Source of the DNA: a virus
Reading direction: 5' to 3' (one strand)
Length of the DNA: 64,000 nucleotides
IMG/VR virus record: IMGVR_UViG_3300048672_000152
Coordinates: 29,453-93,452 of that record
Shown piece by piece: positions 48,207 to 58,043 of this stretch. The notes under the pieces were generated by a model that did no database searches, was not told the DNA's origin, and saw only the letters and a program-made list of their open reading frames with translations. How positions within the stretch are numbered: the stretch's first letter is position 1; every line of letters starts with the position of its first letter. Position numbers and translations under genes: made by a program.

Positions 48207-48222
48207 TCTAAGGAACTAAGAA

Positions 48223-48666
48223 ATGGCTGTAGGCAATTTCACTTTATACAACACTGGTAAAGAATCTTTACTGACTGACAACACTAACCAAATTGATTGG
48301 GCTAACGATACAATCGTAGCTGTATTACTTGGCACTGGTTATACTCCAGCTTTGACACACACTGTTTATTCAGATATGTCTGCCAACGTAATTGCCGATG
48401 TTGGGTATGCTCCTGTAGTTCTTACTGGTAAAACATCAACAATGACTTCTGGTACTATCTTATGGGATTGTGCTGATATTAGCTTTGGTACTAACGTATC
48501 ACTTACTGCTAAGTATGTAGCTATTGTTAAACGTGCTGCTGGTGCTTTAGCTGGTACTGACCGTTTAATTGGTTACTGTGACTTGAACGTAGGTGGTGGT
48601 TTGACTGTTAGCTCTACTAACTCTACATTCCAAGTTAGCACTACAAGTGGGCTTTTTGAAATCTAA
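48223..48666 (+). CDS. putative virion structural protein
   Basis: IDW..DT....L, GY....L, LIGY.D, G.F C-terminus. Confidence 0.65.
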   Translation: MAVGNFTLYNTGKESLLTDNTNQIDWANDTIVAVLLGTGYTPALTHTVYSDMSANVIADVGYAPVVLTGKTSTMTSGTILWDCADISFGTNVSLTAKYVAIVKRAAGALAGTDRLIGYCDLNVGGGLTVSSTNSTFQVSTTSGLFEI

Positions 48667-48683
48667 TTATAAGGCGTTACGTT

Positions 48684-48992
48684 ATGATCTATGTAACTAA
48701 GGATGTCAATGAAACACTGGATTATGTTTTCATTCGTAACGTCGAAGATAACATTGTTAGTGTTAATTATACACAAGATAATCTGGGTGGATTAGTCGTT
48801 GATAATTGTACAACTAACTCCGGTGATGTGGTGTTGGATGATGGTACTATTTATCCGGCAGGTAGAGCAATCGTTCTGTGGGTGAGTGGGGGTACAGTTG
48901 GTGGTAAAGAGAAAGTAATTCTTACCTATACAACCGCCGCTGGTAGAGTCAGAGATGAAGCTATCGTGTTCACATTAGTACAAGAAAATTAG
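48684..48992 (+). CDS. putative fibre adaptor protein
   Basis: KD..E.LDY...W.SGG..G.....T..GR motif. Confidence 0.6.
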   Translation: MIYVTKDVNETLDYVFIRNVEDNIVSVNYTQDNLGGLVVDNCTTNSGDVVLDDGTIYPAGRAIVLWVSGGTVGGKEKVILTYTTAAGRVRDEAIVFTLVQEN

Positions 48993-49003
48993 TGTATAAA
49001 GAT

Positions 49004-49030
49004 GAAAGCCCGCTAAATGCGGGCTTTTTT
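49004..49030. terminator. bidirectional terminator at the convergence of late and - strand units
   Basis: AAAGCCCGC-TAAAT-GCGGGCTTTTTT. Confidence 0.85.
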
Positions 49031-49075
49031 GTGTCCATTATTTGAGTTTTTAGTGTGAAATAGATATATATGTAT

Positions 49076-49276
49076 CTATTGTGGATTGCACACTGTAACT
49101 TTCTTCTTAGTTTTAGTGTCAAGAACAATCTGACATTTTTGTTTCTGTCCTTTGTTACGCACCACCACTTGTTTCACTACTTTACCCTTTACTTCCACTT
49201 TATCACCTTTGTTAGCTGAATAAGCATCTGTTGGGATTAAAGCTAACAGAACTAAAAATTGCAGAATTAGTCTCAT
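49076..49276 (-). CDS. small exported basic protein
   Basis: signal-peptide-like N-terminus. Confidence 0.6.
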   Translation of the reverse strand: MRLILQFLVLLALIPTDAYSANKGDKVEVKGKVVKQVVVRNKGQKQKCQIVLDTKTKKKVTVCNPQ

Positions 49277-49277
49277 T

Positions 49278-49487
49278 TCACTCTCCTAATAAAGTTAATT
49301 GTTGTTCCGCATTTTCATTGTAATGTTGTTTAAAGTATTGAATAGCAACCTCACCGTCCATATTACTCAGACAACGATGCTCTTTCACAAGGAACTGAGA
49401 ACACACCACTCTAATACATTGCCCTAATCTTACATTAGGTTGGTGTTCTCTATACACTTCCCAAGCTTCAGCTAGAATTTCATCCAT
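49278..49487 (-). CDS. hypothetical protein
   Basis: GAGGAGA SD. Confidence 0.6.
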   Translation of the reverse strand: MDEILAEAWEVYREHQPNVRLGQCIRVVCSQFLVKEHRCLSNMDGEVAIQYFKQHYNENAEQQLTLLGE

Positions 49488-49516
49488 TTGGTTTCTCCTC
49501 TTGTTTAATTATGCTC

Positions 49517-49545
49517 ATTGTATAGGACGTGAATAATGAAGTCAA
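49517..49545 (-). promoter_or_regulatory. sigma70 promoter
   Basis: TTGACT-17-TACAAT. Confidence 0.7.
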
Positions 49546-49570
49546 TAGGGAATTGATAAATTTTAGGTAA

Positions 49571-49595
49571 TAAAAAGCCCCGCAAAGCGGGGCTA
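49571..49595 (-). terminator. terminator after nrdA
   Basis: AGCCCCGC-loop-GCGGGGCT plus U-run on - strand. Confidence 0.8.
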
Positions 49596-49599
49596 GTTG

Positions 49600-52320
49600 T
49601 TATTGACACATTTCACAAGATTCCAAGTCTCTCACTAACCCATCAGCACCACGTACTGAGTAGATGTAATATAGAGATAAAATGTCCTCATTGTCAAATG
49701 CCATACGATGTATTTTACTAATATATTCTTCACTGTCATTTGATGTGAAGTACAGATTTAAACTCTGTCCTTGGTCAATGTATTTCTGTCTTTGTGCAGC
49801 TAAGTTGATTACCCATTCCATTGGGATTTCAAAAGCTGTCAAGAATACTTTCTTCTCGTGTTCGGTGAGCCAACTTACTTGCTGTACACTACCTTTAGAC
49901 CTAGCGAGTAAATTAATATTCTCGTCATTATATACACCACGTTCTTTCATCAACTTCAACAAAACTTTGTTGATTCGGAAGAATTCACCACCAGCAGATT
50001 GTTTTGTAAACACCATAGCTACGTCTAAACCGATACCTTCACTAGCACCAGCCATGATCTCAGCAGTAGACTTAGTGGGTGGCATCATTAATCTGGTGGC
50101 ATTACGAATACCTAAACCTTTACAACCTTCAGGTTCACCCACTACACCAGCTAACCATCTAGTAGCTTCCTTACTATCTCTATCTAATCTACTAAAGATT
50201 TCTTCATTTAGTAACATAGCATCCATACTAGCTACGGGAATACTTTTCATCTGCATTAGTGTATGCCAACCAAGAACACCACTACCTAGACTACGGAACT
50301 CTTTAGTAAACTTGTAGATTTTACGCATAGCAATTTTGTCTACATCAGTCATCTCATCCATAGTTTCTAAGTATTCAGAAATATTACAATCTGACATCAC
50401 TTGACCAATTTGTACTAGATGTTCAGGCCAACTATCCCACAACTCTAAGTTATAACAAAGGATAACACAACTAAAAGTGTATTCCTCATTAGATGGTAGA
50501 TTTGTTTCCTGACACTGACCAGTCAATATACCATTGAACATCCCCATACCACGAAGTTTTTCAGTGAAACAGTAAGTGTCATCAGTGCGTCCCTCGTCAT
50601 CTACACTAACAATTTTTACAAATTGCTTTGCGTCACGTTGAGGTAGGCGTTTCACCACACTCAATCTGTGTAGGTAATTACCAAGACCCAATTCCATCAG
50701 ACGATAGACATCATAACTAGTAATCAGTAATCTCTCAGCAGGTTGACATAAATACTCTTTATGCTCCCCTGTACCATTATTAGCTGGTAATGTTTTATAA
50801 CCGCCTTCACTCATTAGGGTTACTTTAGCACTCACCCCTAATGTTTGCAACATACGTTGAATTTCTCTTAAGAATTCAGGCTCTACGCTACAAGCTACTA
50901 ATTGCTGATTACCGCCATTCCGATAAACACAACCATCACCATCTAAGTAACCAGCTAACCATTCCAACCTTGATTCAATAGTATAAGTGGCATCCGGTAC
51001 GAAGAATTTGGGTTTTAATCCATCCACTCGACCAATTTCTCTATCCATAGATTCATTTGTGCTGTGAGTGACTAAATCAAATAAATGAGTAAGTTTACGT
51101 TTTTCTCCGTAAAAATACACGTTTGCTTTCCCACGTACAACACAACCATCTGCGCTAAAGAACCCGTTCTGGTATGCTTTAGTTAATACCTTATCACCCT
51201 CTATCACAGGTAAGTCGAACTTAATTAACTTATCACCAGCTACTAGTTCATTGGTACGTTTCTCAATAACATTGCCTGTGTAGCCATCAGCTACATAAAA
51301 CTTATGGTATGGGGTACAATTTAAAACTTGACCACCAGAAGTAGTAACTTTTAACAGTTTTTGGTCAACACCAGTTTTTACAATAGTTGTTGCACTAAAT
51401 TGCTCACCGTTCCACACATTTACTTGTTGACCTTCTAAGTCAGCAATAGGGAAGTACCCGTAATCTGTTAGGATCTGAGTTTCTGGTGCAACACATAAAT
51501 TACTTGCGTTAGTTTTCAAACCTTTCAATTTAAACGCTTCAGCGAGGTGTCTATTACACTTGTCAATGAAGGTATAGTAACCTCTACCTCGTGGTAATTT
51601 AACCTCTAGCGTCCTTTGGAAGCGTTTTAAAGTCTCTTTATCTTTATTACGCATCTTATTAACATCACTATCCTTAATCAACCACCCAACATTGTTAGAT
51701 TCTGGATTAAGATACAGGTTGTCAGCAACAGCATAAAAATCACCATGAGATAAACCTATACTGTAAGCTAAACTACCTCTACGGGCTGCTTGCGTTACTT
51801 CATCCATACAGTTAATGAAATCCCGTACAATAGGCATCACACCTAAACTGTAACCACCTCTCCGAAGGGGTTCACCCTCAGCAGGCCAATCATCAATGCT
51901 GTAACTTGTGCCATGACTATGTTTAGTCAGTATAGCAGCTTCTGTGATAGCGTTATAGCGGTCAAATAAATTATTACCTACATTACCACCAGCACAAGAT
52001 ACTGTAGTACCCCGCTTACGTAAACCACCGTTAGCTAATAGTGGGGTAGATGGGCTAATGAAGCCATCCCACAATGCTTTAAAGAATACTTCTTCCCAAG
52101 ATAATCCTTGGGTATATGTATCACTCTCCCACCACTCCGGTTTGACTGATGGCGCGTGTTGCGCCATAGTCTTAGCGATTGCTTCATACCGAGATTTAGG
52201 AGTTTCTTCTTCAAAAGAATATTTCTCGTAAAACAACTGAATACCTGAAGTCGTGTACCATGATGGTGCTTCACCAATCTCCTGTAGTCGTTTACGTAAT
52301 GTTGAATAATCTACCTTCAT
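49600..52320 (-). CDS. nrdA: class I ribonucleotide reductase alpha subunit (no ATP-cone) with intein
   Basis: SPSTP, VSC, SNL|C QE, PPT.ST, YIDQGQSLN, LYY, C-terminal CEMCQ; TAATG coupling to nrdB. Confidence 0.95.
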   Translation of the reverse strand: MKVDYSTLRKRLQEIGEAPSWYTTSGIQLFYEKYSFEEETPKSRYEAIAKTMAQHAPSVKPEWWESDTYTQGLSWEEVFFKALWDGFISPSTPLLANGGLRKRGTTVSCAGGNVGNNLFDRYNAITEAAILTKHSHGTSYSIDDWPAEGEPLRRGGYSLGVMPIVRDFINCMDEVTQAARRGSLAYSIGLSHGDFYAVADNLYLNPESNNVGWLIKDSDVNKMRNKDKETLKRFQRTLEVKLPRGRGYYTFIDKCNRHLAEAFKLKGLKTNASNLCVAPETQILTDYGYFPIADLEGQQVNVWNGEQFSATTIVKTGVDQKLLKVTTSGGQVLNCTPYHKFYVADGYTGNVIEKRTNELVAGDKLIKFDLPVIEGDKVLTKAYQNGFFSADGCVVRGKANVYFYGEKRKLTHLFDLVTHSTNESMDREIGRVDGLKPKFFVPDATYTIESRLEWLAGYLDGDGCVYRNGGNQQLVACSVEPEFLREIQRMLQTLGVSAKVTLMSEGGYKTLPANNGTGEHKEYLCQPAERLLITSYDVYRLMELGLGNYLHRLSVVKRLPQRDAKQFVKIVSVDDEGRTDDTYCFTEKLRGMGMFNGILTGQCQETNLPSNEEYTFSCVILCYNLELWDSWPEHLVQIGQVMSDCNISEYLETMDEMTDVDKIAMRKIYKFTKEFRSLGSGVLGWHTLMQMKSIPVASMDAMLLNEEIFSRLDRDSKEATRWLAGVVGEPEGCKGLGIRNATRLMMPPTKSTAEIMAGASEGIGLDVAMVFTKQSAGGEFFRINKVLLKLMKERGVYNDENINLLARSKGSVQQVSWLTEHEKKVFLTAFEIPMEWVINLAAQRQKYIDQGQSLNLYFTSNDSEEYISKIHRMAFDNEDILSLYYIYSVRGADGLVRDLESCEMCQ
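50515..51495 (-). mobile_element. intein (327 aa) with LAGLIDADG endonuclease and C-terminal Gln
   Basis: CVAPET start, TPYHKF block B, GFFSADG and AGYLDGDG, ends NGILTGQ before Cys. Confidence 0.93.
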
Positions 52321-53309
52321 TAATCCCTCCAAGCCGCAATAAAACCTTCACTATCCCATTTACTCTCATACTCGCTACCCTGACCTTTAGTGAAGAAGTC
52401 AACAGATTTATAGGAGTATGTATTCTTTTCAAACCAACCAACAATTGTACAGTCTGTTACGTCAAACATTTTAGGTAATTGAATACGCTCTAAATAAATA
52501 TTTAAGCGGTATTTAACGAATTCCTTCATATCTTGTTTAGTAACACCATTCAAGGTATCTTGTAAGAAAGCCATCTCGATAATACGACACTCATGTTCAT
52601 AAGCGTGTAGAACAGCAGCTTTTACCGCTTCATACCGAGGAGTATCATCTACTAACTTAGTACCTAATTCACGATAATAAGTGTTGATAATTTCAGCACT
52701 AATAATACCATGTTGGTCTTCGTCAATAGCACTCTGATTAGTACCTCGTACAATTACAGGTAATAGATTATAACCATTAGATTGAAAGCTTTTCAATACC
52801 GCAAAAGAACTAAATAGTAAGGCTGTTTCAGTCATTGAGAAAATGATAGTAGCGAGTATCTTATCTTCTTGACCCAACATCTGTCCTAGCCATGTAACAC
52901 GTTCATTCAGTTCTGGGTCATTAACATAAGCAAGGTAGTCTTCATCCTCATCCATACCTAGTTCAATATTGATTTGATTGTAAAACTCCGCATGTACCGC
53001 ACGTTCTACCATAGATACAATAGACGCAGCTAATTGCACTTCTGGTCGAGGAAAAGTTTTAGCTACCACATCTTCCCAGAACCTACCAACAATTAATTCA
53101 TAACGTAAGAACAGGTGTAATACGGTTTTTACCGCATGAAATTGTTCTTCATTCAATTCATATAATAATTGCATACGGTCTAAATGAACTTTCATTTCTG
53201 AACTAAACCACAACTGCTCCTCTAACTGTTTATTAGCTAAAGTAACAATGTCTGGGTAATGTCTTGTGTAACTATCAGTTGGTGTGCAAATACGAGGCAA
53301 CTTAGACAT
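52320..53309 (-). CDS. nrdB: ribonucleotide reductase beta subunit
   Basis: W...E, ERAVHAEFY, E...LFSSF, DEDQH, DFF...EY. Confidence 0.93.
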   Translation of the reverse strand: MSKLPRICTPTDSYTRHYPDIVTLANKQLEEQLWFSSEMKVHLDRMQLLYELNEEQFHAVKTVLHLFLRYELIVGRFWEDVVAKTFPRPEVQLAASIVSMVERAVHAEFYNQINIELGMDEDEDYLAYVNDPELNERVTWLGQMLGQEDKILATIIFSMTETALLFSSFAVLKSFQSNGYNLLPVIVRGTNQSAIDEDQHGIISAEIINTYYRELGTKLVDDTPRYEAVKAAVLHAYEHECRIIEMAFLQDTLNGVTKQDMKEFVKYRLNIYLERIQLPKMFDVTDCTIVGWFEKNTYSYKSVDFFTKGQGSEYESKWDSEGFIAAWRD

Positions 53310-53511
53310 CTTCAATACCTACCTTAACACCATCTTTAAACAATTGAGGAATGCCACGTAAACCTTTAGACATAATGAAACGTAAAGCTTCAGCGTTACT
53401 CCAAATGTCATATTCCTTGTATTCAATACCTTTAACATTTAATGTTGATTTTAAGGTTTCACAAGCTTTGCAATCTTTACCACTAAATACAATCAAACCT
53501 TCTTCAAACAT
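53302..53511 (-). CDS. glutaredoxin/NrdH-like redoxin
   Basis: CKAC, RGIPQLF.DG. Confidence 0.9.
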   Translation of the reverse strand: MFEEGLIVFSGKDCKACETLKSTLNVKGIEYKEYDIWSNAEALRFIMSKGLRGIPQLFKDGVKVGIEDV

Positions 53512-53514
53512 CTA

Positions 53515-53880
53515 TCATTCCTTTTCTAATAATTTAATAACTTCATTCAATTTATTACCAAATAAATAGTCTCTGGTAATCTTAAAGCCTTGTTTTTTCC
53601 AAGCAGGGTCAGTACGCTCATACCCTGTAAAGATATTACCACCAGTTTGTACTTGATTAGTGAAGGGGCTTCTAAATGAAGCATCCCCTAAACTAGATTC
53701 AGAATATCCACGATTTACATCGACACCAAATAAGTAAAGCACGGCTTTCAATACTTTGTCATCCATTGTGGTACAGTAACCCTCTTTGCAGAAAGTAGTT
53801 TGTGCAATATCCGACATAGATACAATGTAGTCTGGGTCATAGTATTTTTTATCAATAGTGGGTAAATTGTCATATTTCAT
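53515..53880 (-). CDS. hypothetical protein
   Basis: operon packing. Confidence 0.65.
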   Translation of the reverse strand: MKYDNLPTIDKKYYDPDYIVSMSDIAQTTFCKEGYCTTMDDKVLKAVLYLFGVDVNRGYSESSLGDASFRSPFTNQVQTGGNIFTGYERTDPAWKKQGFKITRDYLFGNKLNEVIKLLEKE

Positions 53881-54806
53881 TTTGTGTTCTCCAAGAATTT
53901 ATCTTCAATGCCATATTCCAAAGCCTTACGATATTGGAAGAATGTATTACTGTGAAAGTTACCACTTAATTCTTTATCCACAGCCTGAATCTTAACCACA
54001 TGCTCTGTTGGAGAATAGTGTGGCGGATCATCTGGATAAACACCATTAATAGGTAAATTCAACATATCATACACTTTCAAAGCTTTCTCTAAGCTGTCAT
54101 CTAGACGACGATAACTCACTTGTGCTGCGCAGCTACACGATACCTTCACCTTAGCTGCAATCAAATCTTTCTTCAAACCAAACTCTGATGGTGGGAAGTC
54201 AGAATGATTCACATAAGGTAAATGATATTCACCATACTTCAATTCATTAGGGACACTTTGTAACATTGCAGCTTGCATACGTTCAGCTAACACTCGGATT
54301 TCAGCTTGAGCATCTGGGTGACAACGTAACTTAAAGAATGCTTCAAAAGTTTTACGAGTACCTGTAATGACAGCTTTGGTTTTCATCCAAGGTTCTAGTA
54401 AACGGTTAATCACTTCTTTAGAATAACCACTATACTCAAAACTACTAGCAATTGTCGCCATCAACTCAGCAGCAACTTTCCAAGCTTTTTCTCGTGCGTA
54501 TTCACCTTCGTATTGACCACCAACACTATGAATGTATATAGGAGTATTACATTCAACCTCTGCAACCATCCCCCGTTGATTTTTACCCCAATGAATTGGC
54601 ATTGCGGGATCATTCAATACTTGTTCAATCATTTTAGAGATAGGTATAGCACGACTAGATTGTACGTTTTTACTAATACCTCGATGTGTATTTAATTGAC
54701 TTAGAATAAAACGATGTAGCTCTACTTCATACGTCAATACTTCTTCACCGTTAGGTGCTTTACTGTGCGCTACAATTAATGCAGATGGGAAATTTAAATC
54801 AATCAA
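53877..54806 (-). CDS. thyX: FAD-dependent thymidylate synthase
   Basis: THR.....SSRAIP, NRLLEPW, LR....AQ.EI, A.VSY, H.SP.EH. Confidence 0.92.
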   Translation of the reverse strand: MIDLNFPSALIVAHSKAPNGEEVLTYEVELHRFILSQLNTHRGISKNVQSSRAIPISKMIEQVLNDPAMPIHWGKNQRGMVAEVECNTPIYIHSVGGQYEGEYAREKAWKVAAELMATIASSFEYSGYSKEVINRLLEPWMKTKAVITGTRKTFEAFFKLRCHPDAQAEIRVLAERMQAAMLQSVPNELKYGEYHLPYVNHSDFPPSEFGLKKDLIAAKVKVSCSCAAQVSYRRLDDSLEKALKVYDMLNLPINGVYPDDPPHYSPTEHVVKIQAVDKELSGNFHSNTFFQYRKALEYGIEDKFLENTK

Positions 54807-54817
54807 ACTACTACTCC

Positions 54818-55000
54818 TTATACTACTTCCTCAAACACAACACCATCTAACGTCAAATGTCTACGGTAATGTCCGTAAAGTAAACTTAACATCTGGGTCT
54901 CTAAATTCTTAATACTTGTAGCTTTAATAACACCTTTAAACACAGAGTGATTCTGGTGGCGGTATGTAAATTTATATTCTGTTACTACTTGTTCAATCAT
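54818..55000 (-). CDS. hypothetical protein
   Basis: ATGA overlap. Confidence 0.55.
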   Translation of the reverse strand: MIEQVVTEYKFTYRHQNHSVFKGVIKATSIKNLETQMLSLLYGHYRRHLTLDGVVFEEVV

Positions 55001-55353
55001 TGCTCTAATACCTCACGTTCAGAAGTTAAATCACGATTAAAAGCATCTTGTTCTGAAAACTTATCAGGGAAACGAGTTTTAAGTTTATTAATAACTCGAT
55101 TTGATTCTGTCTCAAAGTCTGTATCTAGCTCATCAAACAGAATAGCTAGATACCAAAGCAAATCCCCTGCTTCTTCTTTCACGTTAGTTAAGTCTAATTC
55201 CCGACCATAGAACATTTGCTTCTTAAGTGCATCTAATAATTCACCTGATTCTGTTACACAACCAATTGCAGCATGTAAGATTCGTGTGTTTGGTGCAAAG
55301 AAGTTTGGTGACTCTGTACGAATTGCATCTTGAATAAATTGTTTATCTTTCAT
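54997..55353 (-). CDS. MazG-like NTP pyrophosphohydrolase
   Basis: G...ESGELLD..KK, EE.GD..WY, N..KL..RFP; start at MKDKQ. Confidence 0.88.
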   Translation of the reverse strand: MKDKQFIQDAIRTESPNFFAPNTRILHAAIGCVTESGELLDALKKQMFYGRELDLTNVKEEAGDLLWYLAILFDELDTDFETESNRVINKLKTRFPDKFSEQDAFNRDLTSEREVLEQ

Positions 55354-55363
55354 CTTTCTCTCC

Positions 55364-55906
55364 TTAACTAATACGTTCAATAATATCTTCTGGTACTTCA
55401 TACGTTCGCTGGAATGTGCCATCCAATTGATGCCAACCTTCTATAGTACGTACAGGCCAAATCGTACCTTCATCATCCATCTCAATTACAGTAACGATTT
55501 CACCGCCACGAGTCTTAAACTCTTGACCTTCTCTACAGGCTACAACCCAATCATTATATGTCATATCTTTAATTGGCTTAAACTTAGACTTAGCTTCCAA
55601 CTCAACAATACGATTGTTAGCTTCTGCAAGCAAGTCTTGAAGTAAGTTAATTTCCTCGATGAGATTGGTATACTCATCTTGAGTAATCTCTACGATTGGT
55701 GATGTTGTTTCTTCAGCAATGACAAACCATTCCCCAGTATCAATAAGATTTAATACTTCAAGAAGGTCATAAGTAACCCAATGCTCCACTCCCGACGAAT
55801 CATTCCACGTGATATCAATAACCTTGTCGCTGTCGCCACTACCACTTGCTGTAAACACATAGCTATGTGAACTATGTTTAAATTTAAATGGAAACTTTAA
55901 ACTCAT
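55364..55906 (-). CDS. hypothetical protein
   Basis: GAGGAGAG SD. Confidence 0.7.
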   Translation of the reverse strand: MSLKFPFKFKHSSHSYVFTASGSGDSDKVIDITWNDSSGVEHWVTYDLLEVLNLIDTGEWFVIAEETTSPIVEITQDEYTNLIEEINLLQDLLAEANNRIVELEAKSKFKPIKDMTYNDWVVACREGQEFKTRGGEIVTVIEMDDEGTIWPVRTIEGWHQLDGTFQRTYEVPEDIIERIS

Positions 55907-55951
55907 TTTCTCTCTCCTCAATTAAAGACATTCTACGCTGCATGGACGATT

Positions 55952-55980
55952 ATTTTACCGATACACACGTAGAATGTCAA
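55952..55980 (-). promoter_or_regulatory. sigma70 promoter overlapped by an inverted repeat
   Basis: TTGACA-17-TAAAAT. Confidence 0.7.
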
Positions 55981-55991
55981 TAGTTATTTAG

Positions 55992-56936
55992 TTATTTAAT
56001 TGCATGACGTAATAACAGTTTCCGTTCAGCAGAAGAATTCAATGCTTGTCCTGCACGTTTAACCGTACCGCAACACTTACAGCGGTAAGAATCAAAGGTA
56101 CTAAGATTGGTGTAAGCCTTTGTATCTAACTTCTCTAAATCTTCACTACCACATACCATACAGCGCATCACATCTTGATTACCGAAGTATAGTGCAACAT
56201 TCGGATGATTAGGAATGTATGCTCGAATCTTCAAGTACAACTCTCGCAGTGTTGGAATATCACCAATGTTATATTCTTTCATCTTACCGAAAGCTTCTCT
56301 GTCACCTTGCATACACTTAATCCACAAACTAATACCTTCATGGTGTAGCTTGTTATGACCTAAGTTGAAATACTTTGTACTGTACCCTAAACTATTACTT
56401 GGTAACGCCATAGCTTTCTTCATACCTTTCAATGTACAGATACAACGGTATGGACTTGGTTCTGGTAAACCATGATATGCACAACGCTGTGTAAACCACC
56501 CTGAATCAAAGGGTGAATTTTGAATCACCACTAAATCCGCTTTATCAAGCAAAGCCCATAAACGTACAACAAGTTCATAGTCGTCTGTAGGGTCTTCATC
56601 AAAGCCTTCAAAGTCGTCCAAACCTTTACACTCAATCTTTTCAGCATCTTCATGTAACCAGTTAGCCGCATACGTCAGAATATAAGGAAACTGAATAATA
56701 TGGTCTGGTGTACTGAAGTGCTTAAACATACTGAATGCTGCAACAATAGATGCGCTCACTTCCAAATCTAGGAACAGCACCTTAGCACCAATATCTGTTT
56801 TAACTTCTAACTGTTGTGAATCGTACCGCTTGTAGAAATCGTTAATCGAACTTTTACCTTTACCTAACAACTTCCCGATTGCACGACTACCCATAGTACC
56901 ACGTAACTCTAAAGCCTTACTCTGCCAATCTAACAT
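55992..56936 (-). CDS. DEDDy 3'-5' exonuclease (RNase H-like) with C-terminal Zn finger
   Basis: LFLDLE, N...FD, YN..D, CxxC...CxxC. Confidence 0.85.
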   Translation of the reverse strand: MLDWQSKALELRGTMGSRAIGKLLGKGKSSINDFYKRYDSQQLEVKTDIGAKVLFLDLEVSASIVAAFSMFKHFSTPDHIIQFPYILTYAANWLHEDAEKIECKGLDDFEGFDEDPTDDYELVVRLWALLDKADLVVIQNSPFDSGWFTQRCAYHGLPEPSPYRCICTLKGMKKAMALPSNSLGYSTKYFNLGHNKLHHEGISLWIKCMQGDREAFGKMKEYNIGDIPTLRELYLKIRAYIPNHPNVALYFGNQDVMRCMVCGSEDLEKLDTKAYTNLSTFDSYRCKCCGTVKRAGQALNSSAERKLLLRHAIK

Positions 56937-56966
56937 TCAATTCTCCTCAATTAATTAATTTATTAA

Positions 56967-57164
56967 TTACTCAATACTATCTAATTCAGTTTGTAAATCA
57001 CGAATCGCTTGACGTAATTCAGATTTCTCATCTTCTAAATCACTAATCTTAGATTCATACTCATCCGTAATCTCTTGTACTGCAATATCTACAGCTTGAC
57101 TAATCAATGCTTCAACTGCACGTTCAATATCACTTAAATCTCTTACGATTGCACATACACTCAT
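56967..57164 (-). CDS. small coiled-coil protein
   Basis: ATGA overlap. Confidence 0.6.
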   Translation of the reverse strand: MSVCAIVRDLSDIERAVEALISQAVDIAVQEITDEYESKISDLEDEKSELRQAIRDLQTELDSIE

Positions 57165-57508
57165 TGTTCAATACCATCCTCTCTAATTGCATTGAAAATA
57201 TCTTCTAAATCTAAATCTTCTACTTCTAACATGAAAATAATGTTCTCACTATGTTCCTCTAATAATTCGTAAATGTCTGCTGGATCTTGACCAGTGAAAT
57301 TACAAATACTTGATAGAAAATCATAAGCACCTTGTTGTGCTTTAATCTTATTTTCATATTGTTCTTTAGCTTGATTGAATTGACCTACGTTAAATAACCC
57401 CCCTTTTAATTCAGGGTATAGTTTGTACAGGCTACCAGTTTCTAATAATTCAATAAATGATGCTTCGTCTAAAGCTAATAGACGTTTTGATAATGTAATA
57501 TTACCCAA
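57161..57508 (-). CDS. hypothetical protein
   Basis: operon packing. Confidence 0.6.
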   Translation of the reverse strand: MGNITLSKRLLALDEASFIELLETGSLYKLYPELKGGLFNVGQFNQAKEQYENKIKAQQGAYDFLSSICNFTGQDPADIYELLEEHSENIIFMLEVEDLDLEDIFNAIREDGIEQ

Positions 57509-58043
57509 TTTTGTTCTCCTTTAATAATTGTTCTAATTGCTCTCTACGTTTCTTTGCGTTGCTGGCTGGAGTAATTCCCGCTTCAATAAGAACATCACGT
57601 TCCTTCTTCGATTTGATAATTGCAATGACCTTTTTTTCACGCATCGCCTCACTGTAGGTTATTCCTTGTTTTTCTGCATAACTCTTAATCTTATGAGCAT
57701 CTGCTTTTACCAATTGTAAGCTGTTCGGTGGTGGTATTAAGTGCTGGATAAATCCAAGTATATCTTCTTCTTCATTCAATGGTACGTTACCTAAAACGTG
57801 ATCAACCTGAAGCTTACTTTTACCTTCCCATTCTCCCGATAAAGCGCAATAGTTGCCAGATTTAGCTCTACCGTCATACCCATCTGGCGGAGCAAAGCAA
57901 TTCTGGTTCTTAAATGTAATCTTTATCGGAGATGTATTCCAAACAGCTTTACGTAAGGAACCTCGTAACCAAGTGTAGAACTTAGACTTAGTAGGCCAAA
58001 TATCTGGATACCACAACCAAGGTTCAAATGGGATATTACTCAT
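57501..58043 (-). CDS. HNH-like endonuclease, likely a core recombination nuclease
   Basis: WLRG.LR..W...P.K, QVDH..G, LQ......H.IK. Confidence 0.7.
   Translation of the reverse strand: MSNIPFEPWLWYPDIWPTKSKFYTWLRGSLRKAVWNTSPIKITFKNQNCFAPPDGYDGRAKSGNYCALSGEWEGKSKLQVDHVLGNVPLNEEEDILGFIQHLIPPPNSLQLVKADAHKIKSYAEKQGITYSEAMREKKVIAIIKSKKERDVLIEAGITPASNAKKRREQLEQLLKENKIG

Noticed and set aside
49682-50317. 211-aa + strand ORF and other antisense ORFs (e.g. 3611, 22474, 22502, 24325, 32812, 45431, 47531, 62031)
   Set aside because: Antisense shadows of well-supported genes; no SD or motifs
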